Positions 8,696 through 17,488 of a stretch of DNA of 64,000 nucleotides are shown here, one piece after another. Positions within the stretch are counted from its first letter, which is position 1, and each line of letters starts with the position of its first letter. Location: positions 8,280-72,279 of the forward strand of contig JAZSJW010000031.1 in NCBI GenBank assembly GCA_045534555.1. Reading direction: 5' to 3'. Source of the stretch: Clostridia bacterium. Its GTDB lineage: Bacteria; Bacillota; Clostridia; Christensenellales; UBA1242. The notes below the pieces were generated by a model. The model was not told the DNA's origin, did not search any database, and saw nothing but the letters and a program-made list of their open reading frames with translations. The position numbers and the translations under genes are program-made.

Positions 8696-11600
8696 ATGAG
8701 AAATAAAAAGTCAATTAGCTTAATAATAAGTTTGATAAGCGTATTTATAATAGGCTTGTCTTTTCTTGTGGGCTTTTTGTTTAAAGATAAAGATAGGGTA
8801 TTAGAAGATTTAGATGGAGAGCAATCTATAAATGTGTCAGTTGTTTCAGATGATGCTACAATAGAAGATAAAGGTGGTGCCATTTATGTTGAACCGGGTT
8901 CAAGTTATACAATGTATGGTGGAATTGTAAGTGGAAAAGCAACAACATATGGTGGTGCGATTTTTGTTTCTAATGGTGCAACATTTACCATGAAAGGTGG
9001 AACAATAGAGAATTGTTCCTCGTCTTATGGTGGAGCTATCTTTGTTGCAAATGGTGGCAAATGTATAATTGATGGAGGGAAAATAGAAGATTGTAGTGCA
9101 TCGGCTAATGGTGGTGGAATTTATGTTGAAGGAAATGGCACTTTAGAACTTGTTAAAGGTGAGATAAAGAACTGCACTGCTACTAGTTATGGTGGGGCTA
9201 TTTATACAAATTCTAATTTGAGCATAGACAATAATGTTTCTTTACTAAATACTAACACGGATAATGTGTCAAATAGAGGAGGAGCTATTTATTTTAATGG
9301 AAAAACATTAGATATAAATGGTTCAAAAATAGAGGGATTTAAAACGACTGGTTATGCAGGTGCGATATGGAATCAGTCTGGTACGGTTAATATAAGTAAT
9401 GCCACTCTAATATCCAATAAAACTGATGGTAGAGGTGGTGTATTGTTTAACAAAAACGGAGTGGTAAACATTTCGAATTCATACATCCAAGGGTGTGAAG
9501 CGAAAGATGGTGGTTCTGTAATAAATGACACAAAAGGAACATTGAATATTGATGACGTTACATTTGAAGGTTGTAATGCATCGTCCGCTGGTGGAGCAAT
9601 ATACAATTCAGGTACATGTACAATCAAAGGAGATTCTACATTTTATAATAATAAAGCAAGCGGTTGGGGTGGTAGTATTATTAACCACGGAACTATGACT
9701 ATGAGCGCTGGACATATTTACTCAGATCAAGTTTATTCAGACGATGGTGTAGCAAATAGGGGTGGCGGAATTTATAATTCTGGAACATTTGAATTTTCTG
9801 GAACTGCTGAAATTTTTGACTGTTATGCAAGACAAGATGGTTCAGGCGTTTATAATACTGGTACATTTACAATAACAGACACCGCATCTATTCGCTTTAA
9901 CAGGATAGCAAGCGATTCTACTAGTGGAAATGGCGGTAATGTATATACTTCTGGAACAATGATAATGAATGGTGGCAGCATAAATGGCGGTTCTGCTAGT
10001 TATGGTGGTAATATATATTCAGAGGGTGAATTAACAATTAATAGTGGAACTGTTTTGTCGGGTAGTGCTTATAATGATGGTGGCAGCATTTATTCTGTAT
10101 CTAGTAGTTTTAAAACGACAATAAAAGATATAACTGTAAGCTATTCTTCATGCGGTGGCAAAGGAGGGGCTTTCTACTTATCTGGTTCGGCAGAATTAAC
10201 AAATATTACTTTTGAAAATTGTTATTCTTATGGTGACGGTGGTGCAATATTTGTTGCAGGAACTACAGATTTTTCTTGTACTGATACAGAGATTAAAAAT
10301 TGTGAGGCCATAAGAAATGGTGGTGCAATATATCTTGATAGTGCGGAAAACTTCAGTTGTAATCAGGTAGATATCTATAACTGTAATGCAAAAGGTAGTG
10401 GTGGTGCTCTGTATTTAGCAAGCGCTGATAGTTGTCAACTAATAGTCAATATTGATTTATGTGTTGCTGGTGTGAATGGTGGTGGTATTTATTATGGCTC
10501 TTTAGATACGTCAATGTATGAAGATACAAATGATGTAATGATAACAAATTGTACTGCAACAAATGGCGGCGGCTTTTATTCAACTTTAAGTGAGCCTGAA
10601 AATTATTATAATGCATATATAACAAATTGTACTGCAACAAATGATGGCGGTGGTTGTTATATAAAAAACGAAGCAGAAACAACAAATGAATATATCATAG
10701 CTAAAAATTGTACAGCAGGAAACAATGGCGGTGGTGGCTATGTTGAAAATAGTGATGATGTTTCATTTGGAGTATTTAGCTTTACAGAATGTGAGGCTAG
10801 TAATAATGGTGGAGGTATTTATTTATCAAACACAACCTCAAGTAAAGGAGCAACCCTTCATTCATCTATAGATGATTGTAGCGCCTTGATGGGTGGAGGG
10901 GCATATTTAATAAATGCTTCAGAAGAAGCGAATATATCTTTTAGCCCAAGAATAGAAAATTGTACTGCAACAACTGGCGGTGGATTATATCTAGAGTCAT
11001 TGTCTACTGTATATATGGGTGGTTATATATCTGGTTGTATTGCTTCTGAGAATGGTGGAGGAATATTTGTAAAAGACACAAAAACTTTAGAATATGGTAA
11101 AGTTTTTAGTTGTCAAGCTGAATATGGCGGCGGTATTTATGCAGAAAACACAGAAGTAACAGATTATGACTATGATAGGCTATTTCAACCTATAGGATTT
11201 GCACAAAATGTTAAAAATTTAGTTTCGGCAAATGAAGAAGCAATATATGATAATAAAGCCAATTGTGACGGTGGTGGATTTTATTTAAAAAATTCTTACC
11301 TATCACAATCTAAAACAATAATTGCAAACAACATGTCTGATGGCGAAGAAGCTAAAGGTGGAAATGTTTATATTGATAGAACTTCAGGCTTTGGGCTTTT
11401 AGGTGGTGGTATAACAATATCGGAAGAAGCTGATACTGGTGCTGTTTATGGCGGTGTCATTTATTGTGAAGGTAGAATTACTATAAATGAGACACTTTTT
11501 GTTAGTGGACCAAAAGTGGAAATATCTGGTGGAAAAGCAACTTATGGCGGAGCTATATATTTGTCTGGCGGAACATTATCAATTGATGAAAAATCAACAT

Positions 11601-14600
11601 TGACAATAAAAAACACATCGTCAGATTATGGTGGAGCCATTTATATTGATGAAGATTCTGTAGTCTCTGCTAGTGGTGAAATTTCAATAGAAAGCTCTTC
11701 TGCGAATGAAGGGGGAGCAATATATTGTGCGGGAACGTTTGATTTTGCAAAGGGATATATAAAAAGCTGTTCGTCAACAACAAAAGGAGGCTCTATTTAT
11801 TTAACAGGAGGTACCTTATCAAACACAAGCGGTTATAGTCTAGATATCAACAATTCGGTTTCTGAATATGGCGGAGCTATATATATTGACAAAGAATCAA
11901 CTTGTTCTTTATATAATGGAGAAATATATTCATGTGAAGCTAGTTATGGCGGTGCTATCTATTGTGCGGGAGAGCTTAATGTTAAGAAGGGTAGTATTTA
12001 TGAAAATGCTGCCGCAGAAAGTGGAGGTGGAGTTTATCTTACAGGAAGCTTCACGATAAATAATTGTGAAATATTAAGCAATCAAGCAATAAATGGTGGA
12101 GCTATTTATTCAAATAAAGGAACTGTTGAAAGAGAAGGCACTGATAATATAAATATAAATAATAATATCGCTCAACGTGGAGCGGGAATATATTTTAGTG
12201 CCGGAAAGTCGTTAAGTCTTGATTTTACTAATGTAAAATTGCAAAACAATAAAGCAACATATAATAGCTTGAGAGGCTTTGGTGGTGCTATTTATAATGC
12301 TGGCAATTTGGAGCTTTTAGGAGTAACGATTAATGGCGATAGTGAACAAGCCAATGCTTCTGTTGGTGGAGGAATATATAATAGTGGTACGTTGACATTA
12401 AAAAACGCAACACTAAAAGATTTATATGTTAGTGAATATGGGGCGGCAATTGATACAGAAGGAAATTTAACTTTAGATGGTGTTTCAATTTTAAATTGTG
12501 AAGCGGCAGACCGTGGAGGTGCTGTGTTTGCATTAAAAACATCTACGACAACAATTATAGGAAATAGCAAAATTAGTAATAATATTGCAACAAAAGGTGG
12601 TGCGTTTTCTTTAACAAATAGTGCAACATTAATAATGGATAGTGGTACTATAAATAACAATAGATTATCAATAAATAATAATAAGGCTTGGGGCGGGCAG
12701 ATTTATTTGCAAACAGCAACAACTAAATTTATTATGAATGATGGTACTATTTCAGGAAATGCAGAGCCGCAAACTTCATATATAAGCGATTATGTTAATG
12801 CATATTATGGTGGAGGTATTTATAGTGTAGGTACAGTAGAGATTAATGGAGGGACTATAGTAAATTGTGTCGCTACTTGTGGTGGAGCAGTTTATAATTT
12901 AGGTCAAATTGATTTAATCGGTACAAGTGTGCAAATAAAAGAAAACTTTAGTAAAAGTGGTGGTGCTATATATTCTGTAGATGCAACCTGTAATTTATTA
13001 GGTGGAGAAATTGTAAATAACTATGCTTCTAACCATGGTGCGGGAGTTTATGCAACAGGCTCAACATTTGTTATTGATGGAACAAATATAGATAATAATA
13101 TACTTGTTGCTGACAACTTAGATTCGTTTAATAGAGGCCATGGTGGAGGAATAGTTGTTTCTAGTTGTAATGTTACCATGAATAGTGGAAGCATAAGCAA
13201 CAACACAATAAACGAAACTGCAGTGCAGCCATTTGCTGGTGGTGTTTATGTAACAGGTACTACCGAATTTATATTTAATGGCGGTACAATACAAAACAAT
13301 GTAATAAAATCTAATAAAGGTGGCGGCGGAAATATATTTATTAATCCAGCAGCTAAATTTATAATGAATGGAGGCCTTTTAGCAGGGGATAGAAATACCT
13401 GTCAAGCTCAACTAGGTGGTGCAATTCAAAATTATGGAAAAGTTGAAATTTATGGTGGAGAAATTTCGGGTTGTCGTGCAATTTATGGTGGCGCAATATC
13501 GAATTTTGGTGAACTTACAATAAAAGACTCAACACCTCAATTAGATGGAGGGGAGAGAACTTATTTAACAATTAAGAATTGCTTTGCAACATCAGGAATT
13601 GGGTCGAACATTTTTGCAGCTAATACAATTAACATAGAAGACTCGGTAAATATTTCGACAGGATCTATAGTTATTGCTTGTGTAAAATATACATATGTGG
13701 AATCTGAGACTTTATTTATAGATGAATATGTAGGAAAAATTATTTATAATAAAAACTATGATGAAGCATTAACTCAGATAGCAAGACAAACAATTCAATT
13801 ATATGATTTTGATTTTGATGATATATCCCTAGTAACTTCTTCTTTTAATAATGGTTATGAAGGATATATTGATACTTTAAGAAATGGCATAGCAAATCAT
13901 TATGTGCACAAATTTGATGGTTCGATCTCAATTGAATATTTTGATGAAGAGGGTAACACTTATGGAGCAACATATGGTGGCGAAGCAAAAAATGATTGGT
14001 TTTTAGATACAAATGGTTTTTATTCTATTGATAATTTTAAAATTGAAACAATAACTGAAGAAAAAGGCTTTAAGTTGATTGATGATAGAAATGATGGAAA
14101 TTCATTTAGTCCTGTCGGTTTAGATTATTATAACCCAAATGAAAACATTAATCAGTATGGTGTAAAAATATGGTGGAATGTTTATATTGATTATTTTGAT
14201 AGATTTACAATGTTTGATTCTCCTTATAATAGTCTTTTACAAGGCGAAAAAATGAAGGTTTATGATAAAGACATAGTTATGGTTGATGAAACAACTCAAG
14301 CAATATACCCTTTTTATGTTGATAATGCGGGTAATATTCAAAACAATTATGATTACAATCATAAGTTCCATTTATACGCACATTTTAGTTATTGGTATGA
14401 TGTAGAGACTAGTGTTGATGGTAATCTAAATAGATTTGGTGTTAATGAAGAGGTTTTGATTACCGGAGATAAGAATATAAGGTCGTATTATTTTATATCA
14501 GTTACTATTGGAAGTAGATATAATGGGTTTGGACAAGAGGGGTTTGATGTTTATCCATTCCCAACACCAAATTATTGTTATGAATTTGGACTTGAATTTT

Positions 14601-15433
14601 ATTCAAACTATTTTAATTATTATGATGGTGACTGTTGGAATAGAGGCTATTTGCAAGAGGCTAATTTCTTGGGTAGATACTTAGATGACGGAGAAAAAGA
14701 ATATCAGTGTATTGTTGATTGGGATATTTATGATGGGGTTATCTTTGATAGTAGTTATAATGTGACTAGTGTTATTAATGGTTATCAGTTTAACTTTTAT
14801 GAGAATATAACAATAGATTATGCGGATACATATCATTACTATTATTTCAATTTTTATGGTAACGAGAAAGTGGTTGATCCTGGTGGTTTCGTAATTGAAG
14901 AAGTAGTATATAATGAATATACAATTAATGTAAATGGTGTAGAACATAGTAGTTATAGTTATGATGAATACACTGAAGACTTTTTAGGCTTTTGGATTTT
15001 TGAGGGGGATTTGTATTTAGGAGACGGTACTCGTTATACTGGTTCTTATGTTGAAGTTGGTGTAACCTATTATTTCTATGATAATGTTCATATATATCCA
15101 GATGCAATAGCAAAAGACTCGCATGAAACTACTGTAACAATTTACACAGAGGGTGAGAGTGGTTATAGAAATCAAATATATTCAACCACTATTTCATACA
15201 CAATGCCAGATGTTTTATATGTTGAAGTAAAAAATGGTGCGATATATTTATGGGGGCAAAAAGTTGTTGACATACCATCAACACCTCCATCTGATAGTGG
15301 GTTGCTTAGCAATGTAGCGATATATGACTCTGCGTACAATAGATTAAATTATGTGGTTGGAAGCAGTGTTTTATATGATGAAGGAATTTCAAATGGCGAA
15401 GATTTCATAATAATAATTCATTATATCGTGTAA
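8696..15433 (+). CDS. Giant membrane-tethered GGAI-repeat (Pmp/right-handed beta-helix-like) surface protein, paralog A (2245 aa)
   Basis: N-terminal basic + hydrophobic anchor; dozens of xGGAIY repeats with NC.A motifs; Tyr/Asp-rich C-terminal region; no LPXTG motif or beta-barrel. Confidence 0.85.
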   Translation: MRNKKSISLIISLISVFIIGLSFLVGFLFKDKDRVLEDLDGEQSINVSVVSDDATIEDKGGAIYVEPGSSYTMYGGIVSGKATTYGGAIFVSNGATFTMKGGTIENCSSSYGGAIFVANGGKCIIDGGKIEDCSASANGGGIYVEGNGTLELVKGEIKNCTATSYGGAIYTNSNLSIDNNVSLLNTNTDNVSNRGGAIYFNGKTLDINGSKIEGFKTTGYAGAIWNQSGTVNISNATLISNKTDGRGGVLFNKNGVVNISNSYIQGCEAKDGGSVINDTKGTLNIDDVTFEGCNASSAGGAIYNSGTCTIKGDSTFYNNKASGWGGSIINHGTMTMSAGHIYSDQVYSDDGVANRGGGIYNSGTFEFSGTAEIFDCYARQDGSGVYNTGTFTITDTASIRFNRIASDSTSGNGGNVYTSGTMIMNGGSINGGSASYGGNIYSEGELTINSGTVLSGSAYNDGGSIYSVSSSFKTTIKDITVSYSSCGGKGGAFYLSGSAELTNITFENCYSYGDGGAIFVAGTTDFSCTDTEIKNCEAIRNGGAIYLDSAENFSCNQVDIYNCNAKGSGGALYLASADSCQLIVNIDLCVAGVNGGGIYYGSLDTSMYEDTNDVMITNCTATNGGGFYSTLSEPENYYNAYITNCTATNDGGGCYIKNEAETTNEYIIAKNCTAGNNGGGGYVENSDDVSFGVFSFTECEASNNGGGIYLSNTTSSKGATLHSSIDDCSALMGGGAYLINASEEANISFSPRIENCTATTGGGLYLESLSTVYMGGYISGCIASENGGGIFVKDTKTLEYGKVFSCQAEYGGGIYAENTEVTDYDYDRLFQPIGFAQNVKNLVSANEEAIYDNKANCDGGGFYLKNSYLSQSKTIIANNMSDGEEAKGGNVYIDRTSGFGLLGGGITISEEADTGAVYGGVIYCEGRITINETLFVSGPKVEISGGKATYGGAIYLSGGTLSIDEKSTLTIKNTSSDYGGAIYIDEDSVVSASGEISIESSSANEGGAIYCAGTFDFAKGYIKSCSSTTKGGSIYLTGGTLSNTSGYSLDINNSVSEYGGAIYIDKESTCSLYNGEIYSCEASYGGAIYCAGELNVKKGSIYENAAAESGGGVYLTGSFTINNCEILSNQAINGGAIYSNKGTVEREGTDNININNNIAQRGAGIYFSAGKSLSLDFTNVKLQNNKATYNSLRGFGGAIYNAGNLELLGVTINGDSEQANASVGGGIYNSGTLTLKNATLKDLYVSEYGAAIDTEGNLTLDGVSILNCEAADRGGAVFALKTSTTTIIGNSKISNNIATKGGAFSLTNSATLIMDSGTINNNRLSINNNKAWGGQIYLQTATTKFIMNDGTISGNAEPQTSYISDYVNAYYGGGIYSVGTVEINGGTIVNCVATCGGAVYNLGQIDLIGTSVQIKENFSKSGGAIYSVDATCNLLGGEIVNNYASNHGAGVYATGSTFVIDGTNIDNNILVADNLDSFNRGHGGGIVVSSCNVTMNSGSISNNTINETAVQPFAGGVYVTGTTEFIFNGGTIQNNVIKSNKGGGGNIFINPAAKFIMNGGLLAGDRNTCQAQLGGAIQNYGKVEIYGGEISGCRAIYGGAISNFGELTIKDSTPQLDGGERTYLTIKNCFATSGIGSNIFAANTINIEDSVNISTGSIVIACVKYTYVESETLFIDEYVGKIIYNKNYDEALTQIARQTIQLYDFDFDDISLVTSSFNNGYEGYIDTLRNGIANHYVHKFDGSISIEYFDEEGNTYGATYGGEAKNDWFLDTNGFYSIDNFKIETITEEKGFKLIDDRNDGNSFSPVGLDYYNPNENINQYGVKIWWNVYIDYFDRFTMFDSPYNSLLQGEKMKVYDKDIVMVDETTQAIYPFYVDNAGNIQNNYDYNHKFHLYAHFSYWYDVETSVDGNLNRFGVNEEVLITGDKNIRSYYFISVTIGSRYNGFGQEGFDVYPFPTPNYCYEFGLEFYSNYFNYYDGDCWNRGYLQEANFLGRYLDDGEKEYQCIVDWDIYDGVIFDSSYNVTSVINGYQFNFYENITIDYADTYHYYYFNFYGNEKVVDPGGFVIEEVVYNEYTINVNGVEHSSYSYDEYTEDFLGFWIFEGDLYLGDGTRYTGSYVEVGVTYYFYDNVHIYPDAIAKDSHETTVTIYTEGESGYRNQIYSTTISYTMPDVLYVEVKNGAIYLWGQKVVDIPSTPPSDSGLLSNVAIYDSAYNRLNYVVGSSVLYDEGISNGEDFIIIIHYIV

Positions 15434-15451
15434 AAAACAAAAAGGAAAAGA

Positions 15452-16207
15452 TTAAATCTTTTCCTTTTTATTGTCTATTGTTGTAACTTTATCTAATAGG
15501 TTATAGCGTTCTGGGTGGGTAAGGGCGCTGAGCATGTTGATTTCCGCAACCTTAGTTTCTTTTTTAATTGATTTTAAAATATCTTTAATATATTCTCTAT
15601 TGGTGTGCTTGTCTGCAGGGCAAGGATTTATTACAATTGGGAAATCTTTAGATGCCATTTGAATATCTTTTTCAGGAACAAACATCATTGGTCTAATGCT
15701 GGTAATATTAGTTCTCGTCATGTGTGAAACGGGCATAAATGTTGAAAGTCTGCCCTCGTATATAAAGCTCAACATGAAAGTTTCAATTAAATCATCTGCA
15801 TGGTGTCCAAGTGCAAGTTTATTTGCTCCTAACTCTTTAGCTTTATCGCATAATGCACCTCTTCGCATTTTAGCACATAGGCTGCATGGATTTTTTTCTT
15901 TTCGTACATTAAAAATTATTTCAAAGATGTCTGTGTTATAAATGTAATATGGAACGTCTAGTTTTTTAATAAATTCTTTAACTTCGTTAAAGTTTTCTTC
16001 AGGAATACCCTGATTGATGGTGATTGCGATTAGATTAAAAGGAACTTTTCTATAACTTTTTATAGTTGCAAGGCAGTCAATAAGCATCAAACTGTCTTTT
16101 CCTCCAGAAATACCAACAGCAATAGTGTCATTAGGTTCAATCATATTATACTGCTTTATTGCTCTTATCATGTACTTAATAATTCGTTTTTTGATTTTGT
16201 TGTCCAT
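15452..16207 (-). CDS. ttcA: tRNA 2-thiocytidine biosynthesis protein TtcA
   Basis: PP-loop SGGKDS, CSLCAKMRRG, GHHADD, NPCPAD. Confidence 0.9.
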   Translation of the reverse strand: MDNKIKKRIIKYMIRAIKQYNMIEPNDTIAVGISGGKDSLMLIDCLATIKSYRKVPFNLIAITINQGIPEENFNEVKEFIKKLDVPYYIYNTDIFEIIFNVRKEKNPCSLCAKMRRGALCDKAKELGANKLALGHHADDLIETFMLSFIYEGRLSTFMPVSHMTRTNITSIRPMMFVPEKDIQMASKDFPIVINPCPADKHTNREYIKDILKSIKKETKVAEINMLSALTHPERYNLLDKVTTIDNKKEKI

Positions 16208-16325
16208 ATCTTTTCTCCAAGAGATATTTTACACATAATAAAACAACTTTGCAAGTGTGTTTAAAAAGTTTGACAAGGTTATTATAAAATGATTATAATA
16301 AATTCATAATATAAAGAAGGTAATA

Positions 16326-17306
16326 ATGAAAAAAATAATAAGTCTTTCGTTTATATGTTTGGTTTGTCTTTTTGCTTTTGCTGGTTGTGGAGTAAAAGGA
16401 AGCCGAGTTGCAACGGGCATTGAATTTGTGCGCGATGTTTTTTATGTTGACTATAATGTAGAAACCCGTTTGGATTATAAAATTTATCCAGCTACAGCAG
16501 ATGATGTTTATGTGACTTATGAGCCACAGCCATCAATTGACCAAACTAGTTATTTCAACTTTACTAAAGATGGAAGAATTAAGGTCATTAATAAAAACTT
16601 TACAAAGATAGATGTTATAATAAGAATGAATGATTTTTCTGATGAGTGTGAAGTTAGGTTAAAAGAATATCCAACAGTAATTAATTTTGATAAAACTCAA
16701 GATTATATTAATGCGGGAAGTGTTTATGCTTTAAATTTAAGTGGTATTTATAATGGGGAAACCAGAGTTTGTGGAAATGGTGACTTTAATTATAAAATCG
16801 AAAGTTCAAATTCAAGCATTATAGAAGTTGTAAGTGAAGAAGCTTTGTTAGTTAGGTCTACAGGCAGAAGAGGTTCAGCTGATATTAAAGTATCTTTGCA
16901 AAACAGTCAAGGAACTTTAATGAGTGGGCTTGAAGCACAAATAAAATTAACTGTTGTTGAAAACATATCAGAAGCATTTGTTTCTTTTGGTGATGATTTG
17001 GTTGTAAAAAATGGGTCATCTAATATAGTTTCAATGACATCTGATGAGCAAAGGTTGTTAAAGGTGTTATATTTTAACTCCTTGGGAATTCAAAATACAT
17101 TGACTGATTTCAATATATATTTATCAAATGAAGAAGTATTTGAAATTATAGAGCAAGATGGGGAAGTTTACTTAAAAGCAAAGCACTTAGCGGTCACTAG
17201 CAGTGAGGCATATCAAGTTTTTGTAACAATACAGTCAGAAGCTTTAAAGGTTAATGGGGAACCACTCAAAATTGTTTGTGAATTTAAAGTGCGTATTTTA
17301 GGGTAA
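16326..17306 (+). CDS. Lipoprotein with Ig-like (Big2-type) beta-sandwich domains
   Basis: Lipobox FAGC; YKIYPATA and SSNSSIIEV Ig-like signatures. Confidence 0.75.
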   Translation: MKKIISLSFICLVCLFAFAGCGVKGSRVATGIEFVRDVFYVDYNVETRLDYKIYPATADDVYVTYEPQPSIDQTSYFNFTKDGRIKVINKNFTKIDVIIRMNDFSDECEVRLKEYPTVINFDKTQDYINAGSVYALNLSGIYNGETRVCGNGDFNYKIESSNSSIIEVVSEEALLVRSTGRRGSADIKVSLQNSQGTLMSGLEAQIKLTVVENISEAFVSFGDDLVVKNGSSNIVSMTSDEQRLLKVLYFNSLGIQNTLTDFNIYLSNEEVFEIIEQDGEVYLKAKHLAVTSSEAYQVFVTIQSEALKVNGEPLKIVCEFKVRILG

Positions 17307-17417
17307 TTTGATATCAAAACTATAATAAAATATGATAAAAATCGCAAAAAAACGACAAAAATGGGTCTAAATTGAGTAAAATTTAGCCCATTTTTTCATA
17401 TAAATTAAATTAGGGTA

Positions 17418-17446
17418 TTGACTTTAGAGGAGATGTGATATATACT
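17418..17446 (+). promoter_or_regulatory. Sigma-A promoter of the GLUG-type surface protein
   Basis: TTGACT, 17 bp, TATACT. Confidence 0.7.
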
Positions 17447-17488
17447 TTAAGTATCTTAAATGTGTACGTATGTACAAAGGAGAATATT

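Noticed and set aside
17435..17488. ORF-track upstream starts at 17435, 29870, 33674, 36613, 46807 and 54003
   Set aside because: They fall within promoters or upstream genes; downstream ATGs with an RBS or leaderless geometry fit better
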